This document shows, in pieces, positions 43,743 through 52,904 of a stretch of 64,000 nucleotides of DNA. The DNA is from a virus. Position numbers and translations under genes: made by a program. Every line of letters starts with the position of its first letter. The stretch's first letter is position 1. The notes below the pieces were generated by a model that worked only from the letters and a program-made list of their open reading frames with translations, was not told the origin of the DNA and did no database searches. Location: positions 1-64,000 of the IMG/VR virus record IMGVR_UViG_3300027754_000069. One strand, 5' to 3'.

Positions 43743-45361
43743 TAGATCGTTCCCCAATCTGCTAAGGAAGCCCAGTTAGCTGAGGTTCCGTTGTTAGTCA
43801 TGAAATAACCACTTACACCAGAAGTTATAGTTGGTATATAACCTGCTGCCGTAGTGGCACTTGCTGCAGCAGATGATGCTGATGTAGCTGCAGAAGACGC
43901 TGATGTCGCAGCCGAAGTCTGCGATGTTAAAGCACTCGAAGCAGAGGTCGCTGCCGAGGTAGAACTAGTTAATGCATTGCTTGCATATACACCAGCAGAT
44001 CCTGCTGATGTTGCAGCCGATGAGGCTGAGGTAGCAGCAGCTGACTGTGATGCAGCAGAACTTGTTGCACTTGTCTGTGCAGCAGTGGCTGATACACCAG
44101 CAGATCCTGCACTGGTTGCTGCGCTTGATGCGCTTGTTGCAGCGGATGCTTGTGATGTTGCTGCGCTAGAAGCTGAAGTAGAAGCTTGTCCTGCAGATGT
44201 TACCGCAGTAGCTGCTGATGTAGTAGCCGTTGCTGCAGATGCTGAAGCAGCAGACGCTGACGCAGATGCAGAATTAGCTGATGTTAAAGAACTTGATGCT
44301 GAAGTAGCAGCACTTGCTGCTGATGTATTTGTATTTGCTTCAACAGATGATAATGAAATCCATGTTCCAGTGGAAGTATCAGCGGTTGTGATATCACCCA
44401 TGTCTCTAACGAGACCAGATGCAACTTGACCAGCAACTGTTGATGCTGAACCAGCAGCAGAAGATGCTGATGTTCCAGAAGATGTTGCGCTGGTAGCTGC
44501 AGAGTTGGCTGATGTTACTGCTGCCGATGCTGAAGCTGCTGCGCTAGTAGCACTAGTAGCAGCAGATGTAGCAGAAGTTAAAGCAGACGATGCAAATGTA
44601 GATGCGCTTGACTGTGATGTGCTGGCTGCGGTAGCAGAAGCTGCTGCTGAAGAAGCACTTGTTGCAGCGGAGGTAGCACTAGTGGCTGCCGATGTGGCAG
44701 ATGTAGCTGCTGCAGATGATGCTGTACCAGCATTAGTTGCTGCAGTGGTTGCACTAGATGCAGAGGTTGCTGCCGAGGTTGCTGATGTAGCAGCACTGGA
44801 TGCGCTAGTTGCTGCAGCAGTTGCACTGCTTGCAGCAGCGGTAGCAGAACCTGCAATAGTAGTTACGTATGCTAAGTTAGCTGCATCACCAGATGTTGTT
44901 GGTGTTGCTACGTTTGTAATCTTGTAGCTATTAGCATTGATGACACCAGCAGCGGTAATAATTGCTGCAGATAAAGTCTTTGTTCCAGTAAGGGTTTGTG
45001 TCCCACCAGTGCCGACAACGTCGCCTGTAATGCCATGGATATCAGTAGTTGCTACTTCGTGTTGGCGAGACTCGGTAAAGTCTCGAGCCGATACGCCGTG
45101 TTCAACGTTAGCACCAAAGGCGTGTGCCTTAGCACCTGATGAGTCAATGTTACGAGTGATCTGATAGGCAGTACCTACCAGACTGGTAACTTCGACTACT
45201 TCTTCATTAGCTGTATCCTTCTCAAGAATGAGTGTGTATGGATATTGCGCTGGAAGATTGCTTGCAGCAGCAAGCGTAAGGCTTACTGCTGAAGAACTTA
45301 TCGATGCAGCAAGAGTTGTCTTAGCTGCATTCGAACTATAGTAACGTGCTTGTGTTGGCAT
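43742..45361 (-). CDS. Tail fibre protein with Ala/Ser/Thr-rich stalk (unit B)
   Basis: N-terminus homologous to 2558..4327. Confidence 0.75.
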   Translation of the reverse strand: MPTQARYYSSNAAKTTLAASISSSAVSLTLAAASNLPAQYPYTLILEKDTANEEVVEVTSLVGTAYQITRNIDSSGAKAHAFGANVEHGVSARDFTESRQHEVATTDIHGITGDVVGTGGTQTLTGTKTLSAAIITAAGVINANSYKITNVATPTTSGDAANLAYVTTIAGSATAAASSATAAATSASSAATSATSAATSASSATTAATNAGTASSAAATSATSAATSATSAATSASSAAASATAASTSQSSASTFASSALTSATSAATSATSAAASASAAVTSANSAATSATSSGTSASSAAGSASTVAGQVASGLVRDMGDITTADTSTGTWISLSSVEANTNTSAASAATSASSSLTSANSASASASAASASAATATTSAATAVTSAGQASTSASSAATSQASAATSASSAATSAGSAGVSATAAQTSATSSAASQSAAATSASSAATSAGSAGVYASNALTSSTSAATSASSALTSQTSAATSASSAATSASSAAASATTAAGYIPTITSGVSGYFMTNNGTSANWASLADWGTI

Positions 45362-45364
45362 TCA

Positions 45365-46264
45365 TCACCTCTGGTACTGGATTATGTTGAGGAAGTTGGC
45401 TTGCTGCTTTGCCACCTCTTCCGCAAGGCGGACGGAGTAAAGCTGGAATAGATATTTAGCAGCAGTAGTAGATGCGCCAGCAGATACTGGTTGATCTAAT
45501 GCGTCTGCAGAAACTGATGTGGCAATTACCTTGCCTGGGTCTACTGTTGAAAGTAGGCGATACATAGCACCAAGACGAACAACATCTTCACATGATGCGG
45601 GAAGACCACTTACTGTCAACTCTTGGCTATCTGTAATGGTTGTCGGATAGGCTGTGTACTGAACGTTAATACGAGCACCAGCCATAGGTGCTTCATTAAG
45701 CACAATAGCCTGACCATATGTATCTGTATCTTCGTCATAATAATTGGTATCAATACGCCATCTTTTAATAAGAGCCCATACTCCAGTAGCGTCTGGCAGT
45801 TCCCATGAAACACCAGTGATATCTACAACTGTGCTTGGGATTGAGTATGCGTATTGTGAGCCAGTAAAATCAAAGTTTGTTTCTTTAATAACTGGAAAGT
45901 TCATTCCTTTTATAGTCTCGAGCAATGCTCGTTTAACTTGTGTCCTTGGAAATAAAGGATTGTTTCTTACTATAGATCCAGACACATGGCTAGTTGCTGT
46001 AGTCCCACGCCATCCTCGACCAACAGGATTAGCTGATGTTCCAAGAATAGAAAGGTTACCGCTTGCTGCAATAGATTTCTTTACATATAAGAGTTCATCA
46101 TCAATCTCAATGATGCCTTTGCTTATAGCTGATGCATCGTCAACTGCAATAGACAAGTCGTCACCATCAACGGTATTAAGTGCAATCGTTACCGATTCCT
46201 GGTTGCGGACATAGCCATTAATCTCACCAAGCGTTTGTTCTGTTAATTGATTTAACGTAGCCAT
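45365..46264 (-). CDS. Head-tail adaptor / tail tubular A-like (unit B)
   Basis: Homologue of 4331..5230. Confidence 0.55.
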   Translation of the reverse strand: MATLNQLTEQTLGEINGYVRNQESVTIALNTVDGDDLSIAVDDASAISKGIIEIDDELLYVKKSIAASGNLSILGTSANPVGRGWRGTTATSHVSGSIVRNNPLFPRTQVKRALLETIKGMNFPVIKETNFDFTGSQYAYSIPSTVVDITGVSWELPDATGVWALIKRWRIDTNYYDEDTDTYGQAIVLNEAPMAGARINVQYTAYPTTITDSQELTVSGLPASCEDVVRLGAMYRLLSTVDPGKVIATSVSADALDQPVSAGASTTAAKYLFQLYSVRLAEEVAKQQANFLNIIQYQR

Positions 46265-46506
46265 TATGCTTGTAACGCCTTTCCTGCTTTATCAGACATA
46301 CGGACAGCTTTTTCAATGTCCTTTATCTTGGTTGATGCTGGCTGAATGCCATCTTTCCTTGCGTTTCTATACGCATTAAGTTCTTTATTTGTAAGTTTGT
46401 TTGCTGCACTAGACAGAGGGTCTGTAATACTAAAGTTAGCTGCCTTGGCACACTCACCCCAGTTAGCATGGTCTTGGGTCTTACAGCCTGATCTACAATT
46501 AGACAT
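46264..46506 (-). CDS. Conserved hypothetical protein
   Basis: Homologue of 5230..5472. Confidence 0.7.
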   Translation of the reverse strand: MSNCRSGCKTQDHANWGECAKAANFSITDPLSSAANKLTNKELNAYRNARKDGIQPASTKIKDIEKAVRMSDKAGKALQA

Positions 46507-46753
46507 TGAAAACGTAATCTCCGTATCCCGCTGCTGCTAGTTCTACTGCTTCTGCATCTGTTATGACGTTGTCATAACCACCACGTAATACGCGTTGGTA
46601 TGTTGCTAGATCTGAATCCTGTGGGACGACTATTGTTTTCCAAACGCCACCAGTTTTAACAACGCTCTTACCAATAGGATAAGAAACAAACCATAGGTCA
46701 TACTCACGACCAGGTCTGTATTTGTATGTTGGTCCACGAAATACCTTTGCCAT
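46499..46753 (-). CDS. Conserved hypothetical protein
   Basis: Homologue of 5459..5713. Confidence 0.7.
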   Translation of the reverse strand: MAKVFRGPTYKYRPGREYDLWFVSYPIGKSVVKTGGVWKTIVVPQDSDLATYQRVLRGGYDNVITDAEAVELAAAGYGDYVFNV

Positions 46754-47028
46754 TACCACTTCACCTTGTCTGCCCAATAGGCTGCTGACATAACACCCTT
46801 GCTAATATTCTTTGCATGACGTGCCTTAAACGATTGGCGACGTTGGCGGTACTTTTTAGTCTCGCCAGCTTTTTCAGGTGAACCTGATACACCCTGCTGA
46901 CCAAAACGAATAGTCTTAATTTGTGAGCCAGATTTGGCTACAACAATGTGAGACTTTTTTAGATGCGTTGGTGTAGCTTTTGGTTTATTAAAACCAGATA
47001 CACCTGCTCGTTTTAGCCTTGGGTCCAT
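46753..47028 (-). CDS. Conserved basic phage protein
   Basis: Homologue of 5713..5988. Confidence 0.8.
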   Translation of the reverse strand: MDPRLKRAGVSGFNKPKATPTHLKKSHIVVAKSGSQIKTIRFGQQGVSGSPEKAGETKKYRQRRQSFKARHAKNISKGVMSAAYWADKVKW

Positions 47029-47199
47029 TTACTTCTTCTTTACTTTAGGTTTTCTAATTCCCGACTTGGCTTTACCAGATGCTGATAAAGCAATTGCAAT
47101 TGCTTGCTTTGGGTTCTTAACTACCTTGCCACCTTTACCTGAATGTAAAGTGCCAGTTTTGAACTCATGCATAATTCCTTGAACTGATTTCTTTGGCAT
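47029..47199 (-). CDS. Small basic protein, DUF6496-like
   Basis: Homologue of 5989..6159. Confidence 0.65.
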   Translation of the reverse strand: MPKKSVQGIMHEFKTGTLHSGKGGKVVKNPKQAIAIALSASGKAKSGIRKPKVKKK

Positions 47200-47393
47200 T
47201 ATTTCTTCTTTTTAATCGCTGGCTTTTTAACGCCAGGCTTCTTCATATCAGAATTCTTCATCATCTTGCCATTCATCATATGCATGCCACCTTTTGTAGA
47301 ACCATATTCTTTCTTACGTGCAGATGAACCTTCAGTTGTTTCGTGCTTCTTCATTGCTTTCATTGAAGTATACTTTTCATTCTTCGCTGACAT
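47199..47393 (-). CDS. Small Lys/Met-rich protein
   Basis: Homologue of 6218..6370. Confidence 0.65.
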   Translation of the reverse strand: MSAKNEKYTSMKAMKKHETTEGSSARKKEYGSTKGGMHMMNGKMMKNSDMKKPGVKKPAIKKKK

Positions 47394-47589
47394 CTTCTTC
47401 TTCTTCCTCAAAATCATCCATGTCATTCTCTGACATTGGTGCGGGAAATTCCCAGTCTGGCAATTGGCGAGTTAATAGATCCCAAGCTTCAGCATCACTA
47501 AAGCCAGCATCCATAAATGCTTTATACATTTCATGCGCTTCGTAGGCGTAAGCCTGGAGCGGTGTAATTAGATCTAACTCTTCGCTCAT
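47377..47589 (-). CDS. Hypothetical protein
   Basis: Homologue of 6354..6563. Confidence 0.7.
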   Translation of the reverse strand: MSEELDLITPLQAYAYEAHEMYKAFMDAGFSDAEAWDLLTRQLPDWEFPAPMSENDMDDFEEEEEDVSEE

Positions 47590-47605
47590 AATTTCCTTAA
47601 GTAGA

Positions 47606-47627
47606 GAGGGGCAGTTGCCTGCCCCTC
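47606..47627 (-). terminator. Hairpin after capsid gene (unit B)
   Basis: GAGGGGCAG/CTGCCCCTC stem, same GCAA loop as 6578..6603 with a different stem sequence. Confidence 0.7.
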
Positions 47628-47636
47628 CCCATCAAA

Positions 47637-48614
47637 TTAAGCAGACGCGATAGATGACTTGCTCTTGATAACGTAACGTGCTTCTGTACGGAAGACGTTC
47701 CATCCAAGAAGACCCTTCCAGCCCGCTGGGCGGAAGCGCATCAACTTATCTGTAACTGGACCGATAACAGTCTTTGGCTCGTATGAGACAGCCTCAAGAA
47801 GAGCCTGCTTTCCAAGTAGAACTGTTGCGTATACCTTTGATGTACCAGAACCTGAAACAGATTCAGCACGAGGTGTTTCGATATAGCGAACCTGATCGAA
47901 GATTCCGATCTCGCCAGACCATAGGTTACCTACACCTGCTTCGGTGTATGTGTGAGGAAGCTGCCATACAGCAGATCCTGATGTTTGTGCTTCAGAACGA
48001 AGATCGTATGAAACATCTGGGTGGATTAGTGCAGTGTAGAGACCGCCTTCGCGTGTCTGAACATTTGCTCCACGTAGCTTTGCTACACCACGGCGAGCAA
48101 GTGCTGCTGTGAAGTTAGCTGCTGAAGTTGAAGCTGAAACATCTTGTCCATTGAGTGTTGACTCATCGGCAGAAGTTGTTCCTGTGTAGCGACCTGTTGC
48201 TAAGGCAGTTAACTTAGTCCATACAAGTGAGTCCAGTGAGTCACGCATGTTGAAAGACAACATGTCTGCAACTGCTGGATCGATTGCTGATAGAGACTCA
48301 AGAGCAAGACGCTCAGTTGTTAGAACAGCATTACCGTATTCGTTCACTGTTACGTGGACGCGGTTGGTATTGCTTAGCTCTACTGCATCTGGATCAGCTG
48401 TTTGAGTTAGTGCTGAAGTAGCACGAGATAGATCTGTGTAGACCTGAAATACGACAGTGTTACCTGGGTTTGTTACATCGACAGGACGCTTGTCCGCAAA
48501 CTTGCGGAACATTGGTTCTGAACGAAGGTTAAACTCAATGTACTTGTCATACGCAGTCTGGATCAAGTTCGACATCGTTGATGTCGTTGTTGACGTGGCT
48601 GGTGTTGTTGGCAC
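47637..48614 (-). CDS. Major capsid protein (unit B)
   Basis: 325 aa; 15 differences from 6612..7589 in the first 120 aa. Confidence 0.9.
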   Translation of the reverse strand: MPTTPATSTTTSTMSNLIQTAYDKYIEFNLRSEPMFRKFADKRPVDVTNPGNTVVFQVYTDLSRATSALTQTADPDAVELSNTNRVHVTVNEYGNAVLTTERLALESLSAIDPAVADMLSFNMRDSLDSLVWTKLTALATGRYTGTTSADESTLNGQDVSASTSAANFTAALARRGVAKLRGANVQTREGGLYTALIHPDVSYDLRSEAQTSGSAVWQLPHTYTEAGVGNLWSGEIGIFDQVRYIETPRAESVSGSGTSKVYATVLLGKQALLEAVSYEPKTVIGPVTDKLMRFRPAGWKGLLGWNVFRTEARYVIKSKSSIASA

Positions 48615-48647
48615 GTTTAATTCCTTCTATTAGGGTTGATTGTATTG

Positions 48648-49106
48648 TTACCGTTTTAAGAAGTTGGTGAGCTCTTCCACTGAAGTAGCGTTGCTAATCA
48701 ATGAATGAATGTCACGACCCACTGATGGGTCGACATCACCATCTTCAAAATTCGACATTTGCTCAAATGCTTGAGCATCAGGGTCTTCTTCTGAAGACTC
48801 TGATTCATCAACGGCAGTAATGCCAAAGGCATCGCCGTATTCATTTAACCATTCAGCTACTGCTTCCTCGTCGGCTTCAATATCCGATGGAATAAATGCT
48901 GCGATTCTTGGATTGAGACCAAAACTTTCTAGTACTTCCCCGATAGCTGCTTCGTGACTATATGTCTGATACTCCTCAAGCTGTGAATCTCTCTCCTTGA
49001 TTTGCTTGGAAAGTTGATCTACTTGCTTGCGTAGTTTCTTTACTAAGTCAGTACCGTAGTCTTCGGTATCGTCTTCGAACGTTTCGTACTCGTTATATTC
49101 TGCCAT
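48648..49106 (-). CDS. Capsid scaffolding protein (unit B)
   Basis: Homologue of 7625..8074. Confidence 0.75.
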   Translation of the reverse strand: MAEYNEYETFEDDTEDYGTDLVKKLRKQVDQLSKQIKERDSQLEEYQTYSHEAAIGEVLESFGLNPRIAAFIPSDIEADEEAVAEWLNEYGDAFGITAVDESESSEEDPDAQAFEQMSNFEDGDVDPSVGRDIHSLISNATSVEELTNFLKR

Positions 49107-49247
49107 TGCTTTTTCTCCCTATTAGTTGTTGGACCCTCATCGGGTTTGCACCACACGTACTCCTCACAAGGGGAAGTGATTCATAGACGTGATGACTACC
49201 AGACTGATACTCGTTACCTGGGCTGGTCGATCAGGAACGGAACTTAG
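49107..49247 (-). ncRNA. Structured RNA leader, unit B copy
   Basis: Covaries with 8075..8217. Confidence 0.7.
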
Positions 49248-50864
49248 TTATACGTCAGCTTTTTTACTACGACGTCCAAGAGAGGACGCATCAATTGCTG
49301 ATTTCTGTGCAAACATTGCACGTTCTTTAGAAGCTAATCGCTTCTTCTTCATTGTTACATCTGCGCCACCTGCAAGAGCAAGCTCTTCACGAGCTAGATC
49401 TTGAGTGCCACCTTGTTCACCATAGAGACCTGTAAGTCTTTGGTAATCGGCTTGGCTTGCAGCTGCAGACTGGAAGGCTGACTCTGCTTGAGCACCTTTA
49501 CCAGATGTGTAAATTTCTTCTGCGAAAGCTTTGTCAGATAGTTGACCAGCACGTGCAGCAGCACCACCGATTTCGGCTGCGCCGTACATCTTCTTAGCTT
49601 CTTCGGTTGTGTACTTAAACTTAGAGTTAACTAAGTCAAAAGCCTTTTCGCTGTCAAGCATATATGCAGCAAGTTCGCCTTCTGTCCAACCGTAATATTC
49701 TTTAAGAGCATTCTTAGTGCTGTAATCAGCATTTTGCAAAGCATTCTTTGCAATATTAACACGGTCTGTAAGTTCGCTTACGCTGACTGAGTTTTCAATA
49801 AGACGACGGAAGTCGTCTTGTGTATCATAGAAACCAGTTGGTAATCCAGCCTCACGAAGAATTGATTCGTATCCTTTTTCTGCTTGGATGTATTCGTATG
49901 GTGTAAGAAGCTTATCGCCAGGTCGACCCTTGCCATCCTTCATACGTGCAGCAATTGTTTCATTTGCAGCAAAACGAGTCTTATATGCCTCACTGTCATA
50001 AATACTATTAAGGATCTGAGCATCGGTTGGCATAATGTTTTCTTCATATACCTTATCGATTGCCTTATTTAATGAATCAATAAATCCAGCACCAAGACCT
50101 GTGTTCTGAAACATCTTTAATACGGAATCTTTAGCACCAAAATCTGTGTATGTATCAACCATGTTGCCCATGGTTCCATCTGACATAACCTGCCAGACTT
50201 CTACAACTCCACCAGTTTTACGAATAGTCTTTTCGTATGCAACAGTCTTTGCTACTGGCTTATTAAATGTAGCCTGCATTGCTGCAATTTGATTAAGCAA
50301 ATCTGCAATCTGTGTATCAACTGCACCAGTTGCTGCAGTTACTGGATTAACAAATGTTGTAGATCCGCCATAGGTAGCAGTCGAAGTGCTTGTTGCTGTA
50401 CTTGTCGCAGTGCTGGTCGCAGTGCTGGTCGCAGTGCTAGTCGCAGTAGAGGTCGCGGTGCTGGTTGATGTTGCTGTTCCAGTATCGCTTGGTGTATATG
50501 GTAAATTTTCAATTGGTGCAGATGGTGCAGCAGGAGCTGCTGGTGCTTTTGGCAGTGGTGGCTCTGTATAAATCTTAGTGCCAGACCAAATCATAGAACC
50601 ATTGTTATACTTTGGATTGTTATCAATTGTTGGGTTGATAGCAAGAAGTTCTTTAACTGTCATGCCATTGTCTTTAGCAATTTGCCAGAATGTATCTCCT
50701 GGTTTTACTGTAACAAATTCACGTGGTGCTGGTGCTGAAGCAGCAACTGTACCTGACTTAGATGCAGCGGAAGCATTCTTCTCACTAGCCGTCATTCCAT
50801 AATCAGCTACTGCTGACGCAAGCGGTGAATAATCTCCGCCATCTGACATATAATCTCTTGGCAT
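49248..50864 (-). CDS. Putative internal virion protein with N-terminal LysM and (TSTA)n linker
   Basis: VTVKPGDTFWQIAK LysM; C-terminus homologous to 8218..10176. Confidence 0.7.
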   Translation of the reverse strand: MPRDYMSDGGDYSPLASAVADYGMTASEKNASAASKSGTVAASAPAPREFVTVKPGDTFWQIAKDNGMTVKELLAINPTIDNNPKYNNGSMIWSGTKIYTEPPLPKAPAAPAAPSAPIENLPYTPSDTGTATSTSTATSTATSTATSTATSTATSTATSTSTATYGGSTTFVNPVTAATGAVDTQIADLLNQIAAMQATFNKPVAKTVAYEKTIRKTGGVVEVWQVMSDGTMGNMVDTYTDFGAKDSVLKMFQNTGLGAGFIDSLNKAIDKVYEENIMPTDAQILNSIYDSEAYKTRFAANETIAARMKDGKGRPGDKLLTPYEYIQAEKGYESILREAGLPTGFYDTQDDFRRLIENSVSVSELTDRVNIAKNALQNADYSTKNALKEYYGWTEGELAAYMLDSEKAFDLVNSKFKYTTEEAKKMYGAAEIGGAAARAGQLSDKAFAEEIYTSGKGAQAESAFQSAAASQADYQRLTGLYGEQGGTQDLAREELALAGGADVTMKKKRLASKERAMFAQKSAIDASSLGRRSKKADV

Positions 50865-50868
50865 TTAC

Positions 50869-52095
50869 TTACCCCAGGAATCCGAAGTCGCGGAGAATCG
50901 TTGATGCAATCTTGGTCTTCTCCTCTTTTGCTGTGCTTGTGTAATCCCAGTTGCCAGAACGACGAGCCATTTTCTTGGCATCGTAAAGGTTCATGGTTCC
51001 AACATTTCCTTTTTCATCTGTGTAGTTAAGGGCTCGTTGTACATAATCATTGTTAAGATCTAGTGAGTTAACATCCTGTTCCCATGTATCAGCAATTGCT
51101 GTTAACCATGGATCGGCTGCGTCGCGTAGCGTCTTGCCTTGAGATAATTGTGTTGTAAGACCAGGAAACATTGACATTGCTCGCTTTTGAAGTTCATTAT
51201 CTAGATCTTCTGCGTTAAGAGTTCCAGCAATAAGACCTTTCATGCTGTTCTCAAACCAGCCTTCGAATCGTGTATTAGACATGCTGTTAGGGAAACCATA
51301 TTCCCATGCTCGCTTGTAAAGCTCGTTGGCTACAGTCTCTAATTTGCCAGTTAGGTTATAGATTGTTTTGTCGCCAATAACACTCTTTTTGCTAAAGTCA
51401 ATTGCCTTAGACATAATCTTATTAAGAAATTCTTGGTCGTAGCGAACAACCTTTCCATCTTTAATAATAGCTGACTGCATCATTTGCTGTGCATAATCAA
51501 TAGCTTGTGCTGCTGTAATGTTTATACCATTACCCATAAATTGCTTAACAATGTTGCTTGCATTAAGTTGCAAGTCTGCAGCGTATTGACCTGGGTTAGT
51601 TTCTTTATAATAAGCGTATTGACGCTGAGTATCAGTTTGGTTCTTGTACCAAGTAGTACCCTGAATCATCTGAGTCATCAATGCCTCAGATGTAATTCCT
51701 TGTTCAAGGATTGAATTTAAGATATTCTTGAGGCTGTCATCAGCACCAATAACACCAGCAGCAATACCAAACTTGGCTTGTAATGTAGCCATGTCTAGCT
51801 TATCTACGTTTGTTGCAGCCTGTGTTGATGTACTTGTAGATGTTGCAGTAGAAGTTCCAGTACTAGTTCCTGTATTATTGCCACTGGTTGCATTGTTAAC
51901 TGCTGTGTTTAAGCCAGTTGATGCACCAGACTGTGTTGGCATCTGAAGGACAGTACCACTAAAGATTGTGCTTCCGCCGTTATATTTTGGATTAGTCTTT
52001 AAGAATGGATTGGCTGCAATAATCTTTGCGGTTGTTGTTCCGTTAGCAGCTGCAATTTTACTAAGCGTATCGCCAGTTTTAACTGTATATGCCAT
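50869..52095 (-). CDS. LysM-domain virion protein (unit B)
   Basis: YTVKTGDTLSKIA; homologue of 10186..11550. Confidence 0.8.
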   Translation of the reverse strand: MAYTVKTGDTLSKIAAANGTTTAKIIAANPFLKTNPKYNGGSTIFSGTVLQMPTQSGASTGLNTAVNNATSGNNTGTSTGTSTATSTSTSTQAATNVDKLDMATLQAKFGIAAGVIGADDSLKNILNSILEQGITSEALMTQMIQGTTWYKNQTDTQRQYAYYKETNPGQYAADLQLNASNIVKQFMGNGINITAAQAIDYAQQMMQSAIIKDGKVVRYDQEFLNKIMSKAIDFSKKSVIGDKTIYNLTGKLETVANELYKRAWEYGFPNSMSNTRFEGWFENSMKGLIAGTLNAEDLDNELQKRAMSMFPGLTTQLSQGKTLRDAADPWLTAIADTWEQDVNSLDLNNDYVQRALNYTDEKGNVGTMNLYDAKKMARRSGNWDYTSTAKEEKTKIASTILRDFGFLG

Positions 52096-52904
52096 TAGCC
52101 ACCCACCACATTTCCAATTGCATTAGGATCTTTAAGAAGTTTTTCAACTAAACCTAAGAATGTATTTGCTGCAAATGACTCGGCATAGTCTGGACGAGAC
52201 ATTGCAAAGTTACGAGCAAACATTGTTGGATCAAATCCAGTAGTCTGTGTTCCAGTTGTTGCAGTTGAACCTAATGTATTCTTACCTTTAGGAGCAGTAG
52301 TTGTAGTTGAACCAGTAAATACTGAAGGTTCTTTTTTAGCTGCTGCATTAACACCTGCAGTGTATGCATCAATTTCAGACTGTGTCGCTCTGCGACCAAG
52401 TCTGCGCTCCATCTCATCGCTGATTTGTTGAGCAGCAGATGAACCACTGTACTGTGTAACACGTGAATCTTTCTGAGCCTGTGTTCCATACTTAGGACCA
52501 GAACTTTCAGTTCGATATAAAGATGGGTCCATTACATTAAGATATTCAAATGGATTACCACTGGTACTACCTAGTGATTGTGTCCAACCAACTGCATCAT
52601 TCCAAACAACCTGTGCATATTTTTTAGCTATACCTTTACGTGCAAGATCTGCAATAAAGTCATTATATAAAGATTTGTTCTTAGTAGGTAGATACTTAAA
52701 CCAGTCTTTAGCTTCATCTGGTGAGGCAAAACGTGCAGGTGGTAGACCTGGCAATTGAATGCCAGGAACGTTAGGAGCAAATGATGGGTATGATGAACTT
52801 GTTCCAGTGTTTGTTACAACTGGTCTTGTTTTAGAACCTGCTGCATACGCAGCAGTTCCTGGTACAAGGCTTTCACCATTGGGACCGTATCTTAGTTCAG
52901 CCAT
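52095..52904 (-). CDS. Putative internal virion protein (unit B)
   Basis: Homologue of 11550..12365; TAATG-coupled start MAELRY. Confidence 0.6.
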   Translation of the reverse strand: MAELRYGPNGESLVPGTAAYAAGSKTRPVVTNTGTSSSYPSFAPNVPGIQLPGLPPARFASPDEAKDWFKYLPTKNKSLYNDFIADLARKGIAKKYAQVVWNDAVGWTQSLGSTSGNPFEYLNVMDPSLYRTESSGPKYGTQAQKDSRVTQYSGSSAAQQISDEMERRLGRRATQSEIDAYTAGVNAAAKKEPSVFTGSTTTTAPKGKNTLGSTATTGTQTTGFDPTMFARNFAMSRPDYAESFAANTFLGLVEKLLKDPNAIGNVVGG